Shown here one piece after another: positions 29,179 through 43,345 of a DNA stretch of 64,000 nt. The translations under genes and the position numbers were made by a program. This DNA is from Lama guanicoe (lineage: Eukaryota), in the NCBI GenBank assembly GCA_013239625.1, contig MU053810.1:6420122-6484121 (forward strand), in the 5' to 3' direction. The notes under the pieces are model-generated. The model had not been told where the DNA came from. It did no database searches and was given only the letters and a program-made list of their open reading frames with translations. The number at the start of each line of letters is the position of its first letter. Within the stretch, counting starts at the first letter, position 1.

Positions 29179-30567
29179 ATTTCTCTGGCTCTGGCCCCAC
29201 CCCCACTGTGGACCCTCTAATGCTTCCTCAGAGTCCCATCCAGCAGTTGGCAGGAAGACCCTCCAGGCTGTCCCGTGTGCCCGGGACCCTGGGGATCACC
29301 TGTGCAGCCAAGGCCTCTAGCACCTCAAAACTGTGGCAAAGTCCTCACACGGCAGGGACTTACCCGACCTGGGAAAGTCAGCCTTGGCGTCTTCACCAAA
29401 GGGGCCCGAAATGAGGCTTGAAAAGGCAACACAGCCTTGCATTCATGAGGCCCCACAGGATGTTCATGAAACAGTGCTTCCAGCTGCTCATTGTCAGTAC
29501 CGCTCCCTCCTCCAGGACTCCCTTCTCCAGGATGTCCCGTCTCTTCAGTCCCCCTCCCTTGCCATCTCCCTGCCCACCCCTCGCAGAGGAACTCGCCGCC
29601 TACGCTCCTGAGAGATGAGAAGCCAGCCAGCCCTGTATCAAAGCAGACACGGCTCCCAGGAGGCCACGCGCTGCTTTACCGCAGGGATCCTGTCTTCGTC
29701 CCGCTCTGTATCTCCTGCACTCAGGACAGCTCCTGCACATAGTAGGTCCAGTTTATCCACATATTAGCTTCTCGACATTAGGCAACTTACTACAATATTC
29801 TTGGTCTGTTGCCTCCTGTACAGGATAGACAATAATACCCTGTCACATCTCTGAGGGAATAGAAGAGATGAGGGACGTAAAGTACAAAGCACAGTGCCTG
29901 ACAGAGTAATTGCTCCATAAATAGTATTTTCGCCTTCTCCACAGGAGAGCACACGCGTGCCATTCGGCCGATGTCTCCCGTAGCGTCTAGTGAAGTGCCG
30001 GGCACGTGAGAGAAACGCAGTCAGTGCTTTGCTGAACTGAACTGTAGGAACAGGGAAAAGTGCAGGGAAACAGCTACCACTTACATTTACGAGCATTTTG
30101 CCGCATTGACGTTAAGATGCTCATTTTCTTCTTGGAATCGAGTCACTTCTTTTTGAAATGTCCTCTTTAAAATCATCTACATTTTAGGAAAGGCTGTCAG
30201 TCACAACTTTATGATAGTCCTATCACTAGAAATACCATCATTGGAAGTATTAAAAAAAAATGGGGTCAGAGATTGGGGTGGGATAATGTGGGAGGAGGCA
30301 AAAAGAAAAGAATTTATTCCATTAAGAGAAAAGGTAAATTCTTTTTTGAAAAATAATGGTCCGCTCCGGTTCTTCTCTGCCACCGCAGATTCCTCTCCGC
30401 TCTTTGCCTTGCTCGCTAACCTCCGGAGACAGCAATCCCCGGCCTGCCTGCTCTCCGGCTTCCCGCTGGGCTGGGCCGGGAGGAAGCACAGGCAGGAGCC
30501 TGCAAGGAGAGAGGAGGGACTAGGTCGAGGTGTTCCTCCGCTTGCTCGCTCCCTCCCAGGAGCGGTA

Positions 30568-30736
30568 CAGTTGGCCCTCAGTATCCACTGGGTTGCGCAT
30601 CCACGGATTCAACCAATCGAATCTGTGGATGCGGAACCCGTGGACCCGGAGGACCCAATCAGCATCCACGGACTTGGGCACCACTGGAGGGAGCGGGTTC
30701 TGGAACCAACGCCCCGCAGACACCGAGGGACAACTG
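30568..30736. mobile_element. Short Tigger3/Golem-like MITE
   Basis: TA followed by the TIR CAGTTGGCCCTCAGTATC, with reciprocal end GACACCGAGGGACAACTG. Contains an internal palindrome. Confidence 0.75.
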
Positions 30737-31758
30737 TGTTCCTTTGGGCAGCAGCTCCTGACACGCAGCATCCTTTCCCCCGCCCCGGTTCTCACCAGGC
30801 TCCACAGAGAGTTCCCACTTTCTGCCCTTCAGACCCAGGAGCAGCAATAATTTCTCAGTGCTGTTCATATGTGGGTATCTCACCGTTTCTTCTTGGTTCT
30901 TTGATGCCCTCTACCTCCTCTCAGTTAAGCCGTTTGAACTGGTTCTTTCCTTTCAGTCCCCAAATTACATAGCGCAGTTATATTTACCAACTAAGAATTC
31001 TTCTATCACATTGCTGATATTTTCACATTTAAAGATCATTACAAAAAGCTTCTCTAGAATTTAAAAATGCAATTCAAATTAAGTAAAAGAAAAAAATAGA
31101 TGTTAAAAAAAGACCCTGGAAAAATAGAAAAATTATACGGCTGATGTGCTTGAGTTGTAACTGAGATCTCTATCAACCTGATGATGAACTGGAATTTGGA
31201 ATACTTTTCCCCAATAAACAATGTTGTTAAACTATCGTCTGTTAGGCCAGCTGAAAATAAGCGTACTTACTTCATAGTATGCCTAAAATATAACCTTAAT
31301 TGTGCTATTTCCTGGACTTGATCATGCAATGGTTCAATACGGATAAATGAGATTATTTCTATGGTTACAAATCCACAGCCTCAATGTGTAGCCGCAGAGG
31401 GCACCGCTCACATGGTATTCTACATGCAGGTGTGCCAGCACAAGACTCCAGAGGACCCACTGTGAATGGTGCCCCCGATACTTTGCATCATGGCACCCCA
31501 TCTAAATCCCAATACTTTAGCGTCTTAGGTGGACCTTCCCCAGAGGCCAGAAGTACATGGTTATGAGAGCAGGACAAATTGTTTTGAGAACCAGTTATGT
31601 CTCTACACCTGCATAAGACCAGGTGGTTCCTCCTGGTAAGGGTGGCAAAGGCAGTAACAATCATGCCTACTAAGTCCTGGGCGGCTGCACACGTTGATAA
31701 CAGTAGCCACTATTTACTGACATCTTCAGTGTCTTGTGTACTGTGCTACATGTTATTT

Positions 31759-31982
31759 TATTTTTATTTAAGTATAGTCGATTTACAATGTTGTGTTCAT
31801 TTCTGGTGTACAACACAGTGATTCAGTTATATATATTCTTTTTCATATTCTTCACTATAGGCTATTACAAGATATTGAATATAGTTCCCTGTACTGTACA
31901 GTAGGACCTTGTTGTTTATCTATTTTATATATAGTAGTTTGTATCTGCAGATCCAGAACTCCCAATTTATCTCACCCCCACC
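31759..31982 (-). mobile_element. Intermediate-age L1 3' UTR fragment (artiodactyl type)
   Basis: Contains TTTACAATGTTGTGTTCATTTCTGGTGTACA. TSD ACATGTTATTT at 31748-31758 and 31983-31993. Confidence 0.8.
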
Positions 31983-33236
31983 ACATGTTATTTCTAATCT
32001 CCACATAACCAACCATGAACACTACGACTGCTAATAAGGGCTTAAACTTCACAGGTTTCTTTCTGTGTGCTCCTCACTGTGCTAAACACTCTGCAAGCAT
32101 CATCTTAATTAACAGGTAGGGACCACTGCTACCCCCTTTCTAAAAATGAAAAGCTGAGGTGCAGGGAGGTTAAGCACTTCAAATTATACACACAGTAAGT
32201 TGCAGAAGCAAGATTCTCTAAGGGTCTTTAAGGTTTAAATCGCTTACCCAAGGTGAGTAACATTTCATGGAACCACCATTCGAAGCCATCACTGCCTAAT
32301 AGTTATCCTTACACATTTAGAATTGAAGACCAGAGGATAACTTTCCACATTGAAGGCTGAGCACGGGAGGTGCCTCCAGGCAACTTACATTCATAGTTTA
32401 CTCATAAACTGAATGACAGGAAATTTGAAGGCACTTATATTAAATACTAATGTACTAATACCTAACAACAGCTTATGTTTCCAGGAATTTAACATACAAC
32501 ACATTACTACCATAATGTAGATATGTGTAGCACAAAACCGACATAAGAAAAACAGAAGACTCTAAATTGCCACAATTAAAAAAAAATAATATAAAGACCA
32601 GGGTACATACCCAATGTTGTGATTATAGTTTTTTTCATATGAACAACAAACAAGGATGTTTTGGAATCATTAGGACAAGAGAGACACTGCCAATAGGAAT
32701 TCATTCAACCTAAACATACCAAAATGTCGTATTGGTCGCTTAAATCAACAGGCAAGAAAAAGGACAATACAATAAAGTCCCTTCCTGAATTTTTTTTTTG
32801 GTACCTTGTGTATAAACATTGGGAAAAATAGAATTAATACAAAGATCTATTTATATATACCAGCATTTAAGAGAAAGACTTGTTTCTATTTAAATTTCAT
32901 ATTAGTTTTGTGTAGAGAAATATATTATCTCTTATTTCAGAAATGGCTCTAATTTATCCTGTTAGTACCTCTATAATGGGTTGGGCTTTCTATCTAGTGT
33001 CATCAACTTTAGGCTATTTATAAGCCCCTCTCCTGGATGTAACACACGAGAGAACAGGCAGCGCTGAGGGATCTCTGCTTCCAACAGTAAATGGCTCACA
33101 TGTAGCAGGTAATCAACAAAATTGTATTGAATTTGTGTTGAAATTTTGTTAAATGATAATACGTTTTATTATTCAGAAAAGCATTATCTTTGCTTATGTT
33201 TTCCTGGGAAATAAGCAAACATGTGACACGAACTTA

Positions 33237-33440
<204 letters not shown>

Positions 33441-33994
33441 CTAGAGAAAATGTCAAGATCTTTAAATTTTTTTTTAAATTAATTTTATGTAGAATGAAAG
33501 GTCTCCTCTTTGATAAGCACTTTATGTAGATGAAAACACACAAGAGCATATTCTCGCTATGTTGCCAGATGTTATGACCTAGTATGTTTTTCCCCTTCCA
33601 TAGGTGCACCACTCACTACCCTTCTCGGAGGGGCAAACAGATATTTTATGTTTTCTGTTCAGATATGGTTCTGTTCAGTTTCTGATTTATGAACACAATT
33701 TATAAGCAGTCTATGCAAACTGAGGTACACTTCAAATTTTGTTATTCCTCCTCCACCTGCCTGGGGCCCCATCCAAATGCTCTCCAAAGCCTGGACCACT
33801 TCTCTTGCTTCCATGAAAGTCGCTAAACCTGAAACTAAGGGTGTAAAGATAATCTGTAAACTCAGATGCAGAGGAGAGGGAATAATTGTGCAAACCAGGA
33901 ACAGCTCGGGTGTGTGGATGGGAGACGTGGAACCCTGGTCGAGTCCAGTGAGCCTACATGGCTGTCCCTTTCTTTTCCCCTACCCTATATTTGT

Positions 33995-34860
33995 GTTTTC
34001 ATTTTCTTAACAGTGTCATTCAGAGAACAGAAGTTCTGAATTTTGGTGAAATCCAATTTTTCCCTTTATGGATTATGCTTTTTATGTTGTACATAACAAC
34101 TCTTTGCCTGACCTCAGATGACAAAGAACAAAGTTAATTGACAGTTTTCTTCTAGAAATGTTATAGTTTTTGGTTTTACATTTAGGTCTCTGATCTACTT
34201 GGAGTTAATTTCTTGTAGTGCTTGGGGTCCAGATTAGGATTCAATATTTTAGTTGTGGGATTATTCCAGTACCATTTGTTAAAGGACTATCATTCACTGA
34301 CCTTGCACCTTTATTGAATATCGATAAACCGTATATATGTAGATTCCTCTTTCTATTCCATTGATCTGTATGCCATCTTTTCTTTAAATAACACAGTCTT
34401 GACCCCTACAGCTTTATAGTAAGTCTTGAAATAAAGTAGTGTTAATCCTCCAATACTGTTCTTTTTCAAAACCGTTTGATTATTATAGTTACCCTGCCTT
34501 ACCATGTAAATTTTCAAGTCAACTTGTCTGTTTCTAAAAAAAATAAAAAATCCTGTTGAGATTTTTACTGTAACTGCATTGAATCTACAGATCAATTTGC
34601 GGAGAACTGACATCTTAATAATATTAAGTGTTTTAATCCATGAATGTGGTATGTATCTTCTATTTTTCAGGACTTCTTTGATATCTTTCATCAACTTTTT
34701 TCTATTTTACAGCATACAAATCTTGCACATGTTTTGTAAGATCTAAATTTAAATATTCATGTTTTTGTGGTGATAATGACGCTTTATTTTATTTGCTTTT
34801 AAATTATTTATTTATTTATTAATGACACTTTTAAATTTAAATTTCTAATTGATCATCGAT
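33995..34860 (-). mobile_element. Old L1 ORF2 fragment
   Basis: ORF 34353-34694 encodes IPHSWIKTLNIIKMSVLRKLICRFNA, which is L1 ORF2-like. Confidence 0.8.
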
Positions 34861-35248
34861 GGGATGTATGTAATATATATTTATTTAAGTATAATATATT
34901 TAAATATAAATTAAATAATTATTTTTTGCATATTGACTCCCCTTTAACTTGCTAACTACAAAAGGAGAGGAAGTAAAGAAAGCATTCAGTGCATATGTTA
35001 GGGTGAAAAAGAGAGAAAATCAAATTAATAAAGCCTTGCCTACTGAGAATGAAAATAAAAGTATCCTCAAAACAAAGCATATGTACTTTCTATTGTTTGT
35101 TATATTTTAAACTCACAAAGGACAACAAAGTGCATTATGATTTCTGTGCATTATAAAATGTGGGAACTTATGAATATTAACCTAATTGGTTAAATTAAGT
35201 TCTGAAATATCAGAAATGTTCCTGTTAGGACAGACAAAAAATAAATTA

Positions 35249-35371
<123 letters not shown>

Positions 35372-35439
35372 CTAACAAAACTCAGTGGACACACAAGAAC
35401 TTAAGAGGGGAATTGCTATGAATGTGAGACGGTCCTTAC

Positions 35440-35544
35440 CTGATCTGAATTATATGTTACCATAGACTGGTATGCTAAGTCAGCCATGGCAAAAATGTGA
35501 GGAGGATTGGCAGTTCTTTTTGCTCCCATATACAGTTTGGAATG
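35440..35544 (-). CDS. MYO3A: MYO3A coding exon (exon 13 equivalent, 105 nt)
   Basis: Encodes [35 protein letters not shown] (myosin PPHIFA motif). Acceptor CTTTAG|C and donor CAG|GTAAGG. Confidence 0.96.
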
Positions 35545-36764
35545 CTAAAGGTTAAAAAGAATATTCATAGGGTTTTGAGTCTTGTTTTTGTTTCAGCCCC
35601 GTTTATTTACAGATAGAGCAAATTTTAAAGAGCAAAACATGAATCAAAATACAGTTTCATACCACCAAAATGTTACATATATGTTATATACACACAGACA
35701 TGCACAAATCATGGACAATTCTGTAAAATAAAAGTGACCAAAAAAAAAAAAACCAGCCCAGAAAACATGATATGACAAAATATGACATCACTCTGGCAGT
35801 GCCATTTAAAAGAAGACTCTTTTGGAAATGCATACCACTTCCAAAGCAGAACTTAAGGTTTCAAAATACTATTATTTCTTTAAATAAGAAGACATTTTAT
35901 AAATAAGACAACCAGATAACATTTTGTTGACTATTCTTTGGATATAATAACGTCTGGCAGACAATCACCACTTTTTTCCTTTCACATCATTTACCATACA
36001 TTCTCATTTGATTTGCCCAAGATCACATAGTTAATTGAGAACAGAATTTACACTAAGGCCCAGATCTTCTACTTCAGTCAAGGTTCGTAAATTTGCCATT
36101 ATTCTTGTAAATCTTAAAGTGGTAGAGAGACAGAATTACATGCTTTTCATCCACACACAAAATAACATTAAGCACAGTAGTAAACGCTATTCTAGAGCAC
36201 ACAAATAGCTAGACGAGTATGCATCCAATTAAACTCAAAAACAGCCTAGCCTAACTCCAGAATACTCTTCTGTATTTAAACATTAGGGGTTGAATAATGG
36301 ATAGTTAGACACTTATACTCATAAAACATATTGTCTGATATTAAAAGCCAATCTGCAGGTCAAAAGGACTTTCTAAACTCATAATGGTAAGTTTTATAGC
36401 CATTAAGTATATAGTACCTGTATATACAATGCAATTTTACTTTTGACACTCCCATCCTTGGTTCAGAGATAGATATTAAGTCTGCACTTTTTTAGGCATC
36501 TGTTTATTGATATGATACGTGATACAGACCAGTTACCAATTACCAGTAACTGAAATAATTAACATATTTCACATAAAGACCACAAACTGCATCAAGATCA
36601 ATTCACCTTCTGTTTTTCCCTATTTCTGTGTTTTAATAATAATTATTTAACTCTTTATTCAAGGTATTGGACCAAATTTTCTTTCGCATAATTTAAATTA
36701 ATTTAAATATCTGAATAGGATAATTATTTGTACAAAGTGAGAAAACACAAGCCACACCACATAC

Positions 36765-36881
36765 CTCTGCAGAATAAAGACACAGACTCTGAAAAGGGTT
36801 AAGAGCAATGAGTATGTCTCCCACATAGATATAAATCTGATCTCTGGAGTAACACTTCTCAAGTTGCTCTGAGACTGTATT
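36765..36881 (-). CDS. MYO3A: MYO3A coding exon (exon 12 equivalent, 117 nt)
   Basis: Encodes [39 protein letters not shown] (myosin IYxYxGxILxAxNP motif). Acceptor TTATTACAG|A and donor GAG|GTATGT. Confidence 0.96.
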
Positions 36882-38099
36882 CTGTAATAAAATAAAAACA
36901 ATTTACTTTTCTCAAAAATCACTGATGGTCAATTATAACTTTAAAAGCAAACGATAATAAACAAAACATCTGGAATGTGGAGCAAAGATCAGAAAGAAAT
37001 AGGTAGTAAGAAGAGTCGCAGTGGGTCAGCAACTACCCTTGATGGGTTATTTTCTTCTCTTTCGAGAACCATAGAGGGGTGTCATTGCAGGACACGTTGT
37101 GTGTTACAGGGAATACATCCACACAATGCTTTCAAGGAGCTAAGTAAATGCAGTAGATGAAGTAAAGAGAAAGAACACTAGAAAAGGGAAGGGAAGATAA
37201 GGTGAACATGATTATATTCCAAATCAAGGTTATTCACTGGTTCTGTGGATTGTCTTGGCCCTTTGCTGAAGTATTTGGCTTTGAGGCAGAGTGAAAAGTA
37301 CAGAGAAGTAACTTCCATAGGTGATAAGTCATATGAGTCCAAAGGAATCAACATTAATAATGCCAGAAACCATCATTCATAGTTCGTGACACAAGAGCAA
37401 AAGTTCTTAGGTCAAAAAATCAAACACACACAATAGAAACAAACCAACCCAATGTTTAAGACAAAGGTCATCAATGTGATTAGCAAAGCCTTCTTTATAA
37501 TCCACAAGCCTAAGGTTTCACATGATTGGAGAATCTGATACACAAAGATTCATAAAGGTGTTGGCAATCTCTGACTTGCAAACACTATTTGATACAAGAT
37601 GTTTGATGTTCTCAAGAGAGATTATTCTGAGGAAGTACTTGAGTTGTTCATGCAACCCTCCATTTACCAAATGACTACTTCTGGTGCAGAAAATGCCTCC
37701 TGATTAGTTGCATGTTTAAGCAAAATGCTCAGGCATGTATCAGAAGTATTAAAAAGTAAAATTCTGTGGGTCAGGCAGGATAGTGATCCCGACCTTTTAC
37801 TGAAAAGGAGCTATTTATGTCTCCAATGATGTGATTATCTGAAATAAAAGGAGATGAGTAGAAAGAGGCTGAGACTACAATTTACTGGCCTGGACTTGTA
37901 CCTTCACAAGAGATGTCTGAAATATTTCTGAGGTCATTCCCTAAAAGGTGGGCTGTGTGATCCCATGAGGGGGAGCACTGACCATAGTGACAGCCAGGTT
38001 CTTGAGGTATCTCAGAGGCTCTCGGTCCTGCCACTGAGTGTGGAACAGGAGAGGAAAAGGAGGGGGCAAGCCAGATGGTGTAGGAGACAAATTGTTTTC

Positions 38100-38274
38100 T
38101 TTGTTTTTTCTTTTTTCTGTTTTTTTAAGTAGTCTATTTAAAAAAAATGGGGGGTAATTAGGTTTGTTTGTTAATTAAATTAACTAATTAATTATTCTGA
38201 TGGAGGTACTGGGGATCGAACCCAGGACCTTGCACACTAGGCACACACTCTACCACTGAGTTATACCCTTCCCC
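38100..38274 (-). mobile_element. tRNA-derived SINE (camelid Vic-1 type)
   Basis: Minus strand reads GGGGAAGGGTATAACTCAGTGGTAGAG...CCTGGGTTCGATCCCCAGTACCTCC, with A and B boxes and an A-rich tail. Flanked by the repeat AAA(T/C)TGTTTTCT. Confidence 0.85.
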
Positions 38275-38596
38275 TAAAGGTAAACTGTTTTCTGACTGTA
38301 GTAAATCATCCCTTTGAGACTCATGGAGAGAACTGAGGGGAAGAGGGGGCCTGTGCTCTAAGCAACTCATCTTGTGTGAACTTGCACCTTTGTGAGTATC
38401 AAAAAAAAAAAAAGAAGAAAAAGTTGACACCAGGTTGGAGAGATCTGGAAATGTGTGTTACACGTATTAAAAATGAAGACAGGAGAGATGATCAGGAAGC
38501 CAAGAGAGGCCAAGAATCTCCTGCTCGTACCACTTTCGTGAATTAAAAAAAGAATAGAGAGAGAATGTTTAAGTTTAATTAAACTGAGTTTCTTAC

Positions 38597-38696
38597 CTCA
38601 TCCAAAACCTCCAGGGTTGCTAAATCATCTACATCCTTCAGGCTGGAAATTAGAGATTTGCTGAAGTTACTTTTCTTGGTGTAAAGACGTTCATGT
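38597..38696 (-). CDS. MYO3A: MYO3A coding exon (exon 11 equivalent, 100 nt), kinase-motor linker
   Basis: Encodes (R)[33 protein letters not shown]. Acceptor CTCCTCAG|A and donor GAG|GTAAGA. Phase fits the neighbouring exons. Confidence 0.95.
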
Positions 38697-39519
38697 CTGA
38701 GGAGCAATACAGAAAGAAGACCCTTTCTGATTTGAGAACTTATTATTGATCATAGTAGAAGTAAAATACAGATACAGAAGAGACTGAAAAATTCTATGAA
38801 GCTGATTTACTAAAGTCAACAATAACAATTTACCAGCAAACAGCCTCATTTATTTGATCTGTTTTCTTCTCTTCATTGGGGAAATGCAACATGTCAAGCT
38901 TACTTCATGGATAATCAAAAGAGTGCATTATTTCCATCAAGAACTATCCTCTATCTATATTCTCTAAAGCTTCCTCTAAATTCTGATGTATATTTTAATC
39001 TGTTATAAAATGGTGAGTCAGATTTTCATTCACTAGATTTCCAGTTTTGTCTGAGGTGGTGGTAGGCCACTGATGGTCAAGGAAAGATAATCTGAAAAAC
39101 TAGCATTCAGCAGAATTTAAGAGGAACACAAAATAAAGCACATTGTGGACTCTCAAAAAATGTGCGTAGAAAATTGATTTCAGGCACTAGGAAGTTTATT
39201 TTCAAAGTGAAACATTTCAGCAATTTCAATAGCAGTGCAGAAGTCCTGATCTGACATCACGTCTGGAGAAGTTGCTGAGGTAAACACAGGGGTTTGTTTC
39301 AACTTTCCTGGACATGAAATCATCATCCATTTTATTTTGAGCAGAAGTGTATTTTCAGTATTTATTTTTGGACAGACTGTTAAGCACTTGAATTTGTCCA
39401 CTGGTAAAAGGGGAAGGAATACACAGATTACGATGAATAATAAGGATCATACCATTTACTCACCAAACTTCAATGGGTTCTCGTTGTTTAGAGAATTGAG
39501 TGACTACTGATAATGGTCC

Positions 39520-40720
39520 TCACCTCCATCTAGGGCTGGACCCCTGCTCTGGGCACTAGGTTCTCTCTCCTCTCACTTATTCAAGGACATCACTCCTGCT
39601 GGTTCCTCTTTCATGTCTACATCACTCATTTTCCCCTCTCAGCTGTTAACAGCATCCTCCTCAGAACCAACCAACCACCAGGCCTTGAGTTTGCTGCTGC
39701 TTCCTTGATTTACAGCAAAAATCCTCAAGTGCATTATCTGTGCCTCATCTCTTCAATTTTACTGCGCTTATTAAGAAAACCATTTCAATTAGGCTGTCAT
39801 CTCCACGCGCCACGGAAACAGCTACTGTTCAGGACAGTAACGACCAACACATTGCTGAATTCCATGGTCAATTCCAAGTCCTCATTTTCCTTAACCTCCT
39901 GGCGACATTGGACAAAGGCTTTTAAAAAAATTCTTTATTAAAATATAGTTGATTAACAATATTATATTAGTTTCAAGTACATAGTGAATCAAAATTTTTA
40001 TAGATTATACTCCACTTAAATTTATAAAATATTGTCTGTGTTCCCTGTGATGTACCATATATCTTTGTAGCTTATTTATTCTATAATCTTAACCCCCACC
40101 CCTATCTTGCCCTTTCCCCCTTCTCTCTCCCCACTGGTAACCACTAGTTTTGGGCAAATGCTTCATAAACACATGAGTCTTGGCGTCCTGGGCCCTTCTC
40201 TTCCTTACCTCACTGGCATCTCCATCTGAGTATCTTTTTTTAAGGTTCCTCCTTATCTTTCCACTGGCACATTTTGGAATCTCCTGAGCTTCAGTCCATA
40301 GAGCTATCTTCTTCTCTACCAAGATTTACTTCCTGATTTCATAGCTTTAAATACCACTTATGAGCTGACAACTCTGCTGAGCTCCAGACTTAAGCATTCA
40401 GCTGCTCACTCGATACTGCACTTGGAAGTCGAGGTGGCAGACTTAACACATCCTGAACCAGGCTCCTGAAAACCCCAGCCCCAAACCCACTCCTGTCCAC
40501 GGTCCTCATCTCAGTCACTGGGGACGCCGTTCTTCTGACTGTTCAGGCAAAAAATCTTGGCGTGACCCCTGGCTCTTCTTTTCCTCTTGTATCCCTCCTG
40601 CAGACGACACACAGACCCACCAGCTCTGTCATCAGATTGCATCTAGAACCAAATATCTCTCCGCACCGGCACCTGCCCACTATTAAACCTCATGCCACAG
40701 CCACCTCCCTGCTGCCACCT
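39520..40720 (+). mobile_element. L2 fragment interrupted by an L1 3' end
   Basis: Pyrimidine-rich L2 motifs (CAAGGACATCACTCC, AATTCCATGGTCAATTC, TGAGCTCCAGACT). Boundaries are approximate. Confidence 0.6.
39922..40150 (-). mobile_element. L1 3' UTR fragment (L1MA9/artiodactyl type)
   Basis: Contains CTCTCCCCACTGGTAACCACTAGTTT. Diverged TSD TGGACAAAGGCTT (39909-39921) and TGGGCAAATGCTT (40151-40163). Confidence 0.75.
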
Positions 40721-40969
40721 TTGCTTTCAGAGTGATGTTTTTAAATATGTAAGATTTTTCCTTTTTCTCTTCAGCCCCATCTGTGTGATGGAACTTTGTT
40801 CACTTTTCACAGTCTACCTCAAATGCCACCTGTTTTAAACCCTCAGCGTTATTCTTTACATTTCTCTGGACAAATATCTTAGTTAAGTCATTTCAGTCAA
40901 TCATTTGCATAAGGGTCTTATTCCTTTTACTAGACTGTAAAGTTACTCAAGATAGCGATATCTTATCCC

Positions 40970-41320
40970 TAGAACAGCTGGACAGCCACATGCAGGGGGA
41001 AGAAAAAGGATCTAGACACAAACCTTGCACTTTTCACAAAAGTTAACTCAAAATGGGTCATACGTCTAAGTGTAAAATGCAAAACTATAAAACTCTTAGA
41101 AGTGTAGGAGAAAATCTAGATAATCTTGGGTGTGGAAATGAGTTTATAAACGCAACACCCAAAGCATCATCCATGAAAGAAAAAAGTGATAAGGTAGACT
41201 TCATTAAAATGAAAAGCTTCTGCTCTGTGAAAGACACTGTATAAAAAGTGAAGTCACAGACTGGGAGAAAATATTTGCAAAAAACATATCTGATTAAGGA
41301 CTCGTATCTAATCACAGGAA
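40970..41320 (+). mobile_element. Old L1 ORF2 fragment
   Basis: Translation KVDFIKMKSFCSVKDTV and the motif ACAGACTGGGAGAAAATATTTGCAA. Confidence 0.8.
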
Positions 41321-42769
41321 CAGTGTTTACTCCTATTTATAAGTCTTAGATTCTTCCCTAATAATTTTTATAACATTTCTAAAAATTTACAATTATATAG
41401 TTATTTGTATGGATAATTTAGTTAGTATTTGAATCCTTTACTACAGTGTAAGCTCCAAGATACACAAGACTGTATGTGTTTAGTTTCCTGTTATATCCAG
41501 CAACAAGGAGATGATTTAGAACATAATAGGTCCTCAATAAGTATTAGTTGAATGAATGAGTGAATGTATATCTCCCACGATTTCTGGCACAGGATTTACA
41601 CACAGTTAGTGTCCACCTTTGCTGATCTCAACAAGTATTATTGTATGGATCCCCCTACCTCCAAAGAAACTCATACAATACATGATCTTTAAGAAACTAG
41701 AGAAGGAAATCCAATTATGTATTTAAGTGAAGAGCCCTGAATTTTTTATCTGCTTTTATGGGACTATTTGGCATCCAAAGACTGTTCCTGGAGAATGACA
41801 AGGAGCAGATGGTGAAGCCCAGGGTGACAGGTCAAGTCTTGGCTGGCTGGTACCCTCACTCTTTCCCTCCTATGAATTCATCCTCCATGACGCTTTTGGT
41901 ACTAGCCTCAAAAAACTTAGAAAATATTTTGTTATTGTGATGATTAAAAACTTCGACAGTATGACTTAAAAATTCCTTGGCATGGAATTCGTGGACTTTC
42001 AGAGTCTGTCTCAAGCTTTCCACACCACCACCCGTCATATCTGTACAGAACAGTCCCCAACAGGGCAAGCATTTTTAAGAGTCTGTGCTTTGTTCATTTT
42101 GTTTTCTCTGCCTGGAATGATTTTCCTTCCATGTCTGGCAAAACTGTACTTATTGTACAAAGTCAGGCTCTCTGTGCAAATAACACCTTCACCGTGAAGT
42201 CGCTGCAGGACTTTCCGGCGAGAATGCATCACAAGGAGGAATGCTTTCACATTGCATCATGTATGTTCCTCAGTCTTGACAGACCAGGATAAACTTGTGG
42301 GCAGAAACCAAGCATTACTCATCTTTCTATGCCTGGCATCAAGGATAAGAAGATGTAAAAATACATTTGGTGGCTTGAATTGCAACACTGAGCCCTACCC
42401 AGCCAGTGGGTGTACAAAGAGCAGTATTTCTTAGAGTGACCGATTCTATGTCCTTCCCTGTTAGTTCGCATCCCACCCTTTCTGCTAAGCCTTTTAATCA
42501 GAAGTCAGTTTGGGCACCAAAACTATCTGATCTACCACCTTTCTCATCTCTCACCACAATGCACAAATCATATGTCATAAAAGCGCAGAACATATGTAAG
42601 AACAGTTTAGAAAATTTGCCTGGGACTGCTGACTTGATACACTGGTTAAAAAATAAAGGCATTTCTTATCTCTGAACAGTAGTCTGCTCTCCTTCTAGCT
42701 CCTAAACAGAGAGGGTATTTCATACAAAGTTCAATGTCTACTTCTAGGGTCAAACCTACACGGCTACTC

Positions 42770-43345
42770 CCCTGATCTAAGCCCTACTGTTTCTTACTTG
42801 GATGATTGCAAATAGTGAGAATGATCTTTTTACAACATAAGTCAGATATGTCACTCTCTGATCAGGAATGTCCAATGTCCCCGTGTCATTCAGAGAAAGG
42901 TCCCATGTAACCTGACCCTGTCCCTACCCCACTGTTTCTGACCTCATCTTCTAACTCCCTTCCCCTGCTCACTCCTCCCTGCCACGCGCACTCCTGCCTC
43001 AGAGGCTCGTGCTGACTTCCCTCTGCCCAGAGAACCATAGGCTACTGTACCTCCCTCCCTTGTGAGGTCTGAGCCACCACTCTCTTTGATGCTGCGATTC
43101 TCACCCCCACCAATCCCACTGACTCTCCCTCCAACTGACCTCGCTCTATTTTTCCTTTAGCGTGCATCACTGCCTATTACACTGTTTACAAATTTACTAA
43201 AATTTCCCTAGCTCTTCTCATTGATACGAGAACAGAGTTATTTCCTTTTTTAAAATCTGTTGATTGATACACCCCATACTCCTAGACTAGAGTCTTGCAA
43301 ATAGTAGGTTCTCAAAATATATTTCCTGGGAAAAAGGAATGAATA
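42770..43345 (+). mobile_element. L2 3' fragment
   Basis: Contains ACATAAGTCAGATATGTCACTCTCTG, GCACTCCTGCCTCAG and an L2-like end. Boundaries are approximate. Confidence 0.6.

Noticed and set aside
30211..30972. 253-aa plus-strand ORF, the longest in the track
   Set aside because: It runs through a GC-rich patch and a MITE, resembles no protein family I recognise, and is explained by low stop-codon frequency.
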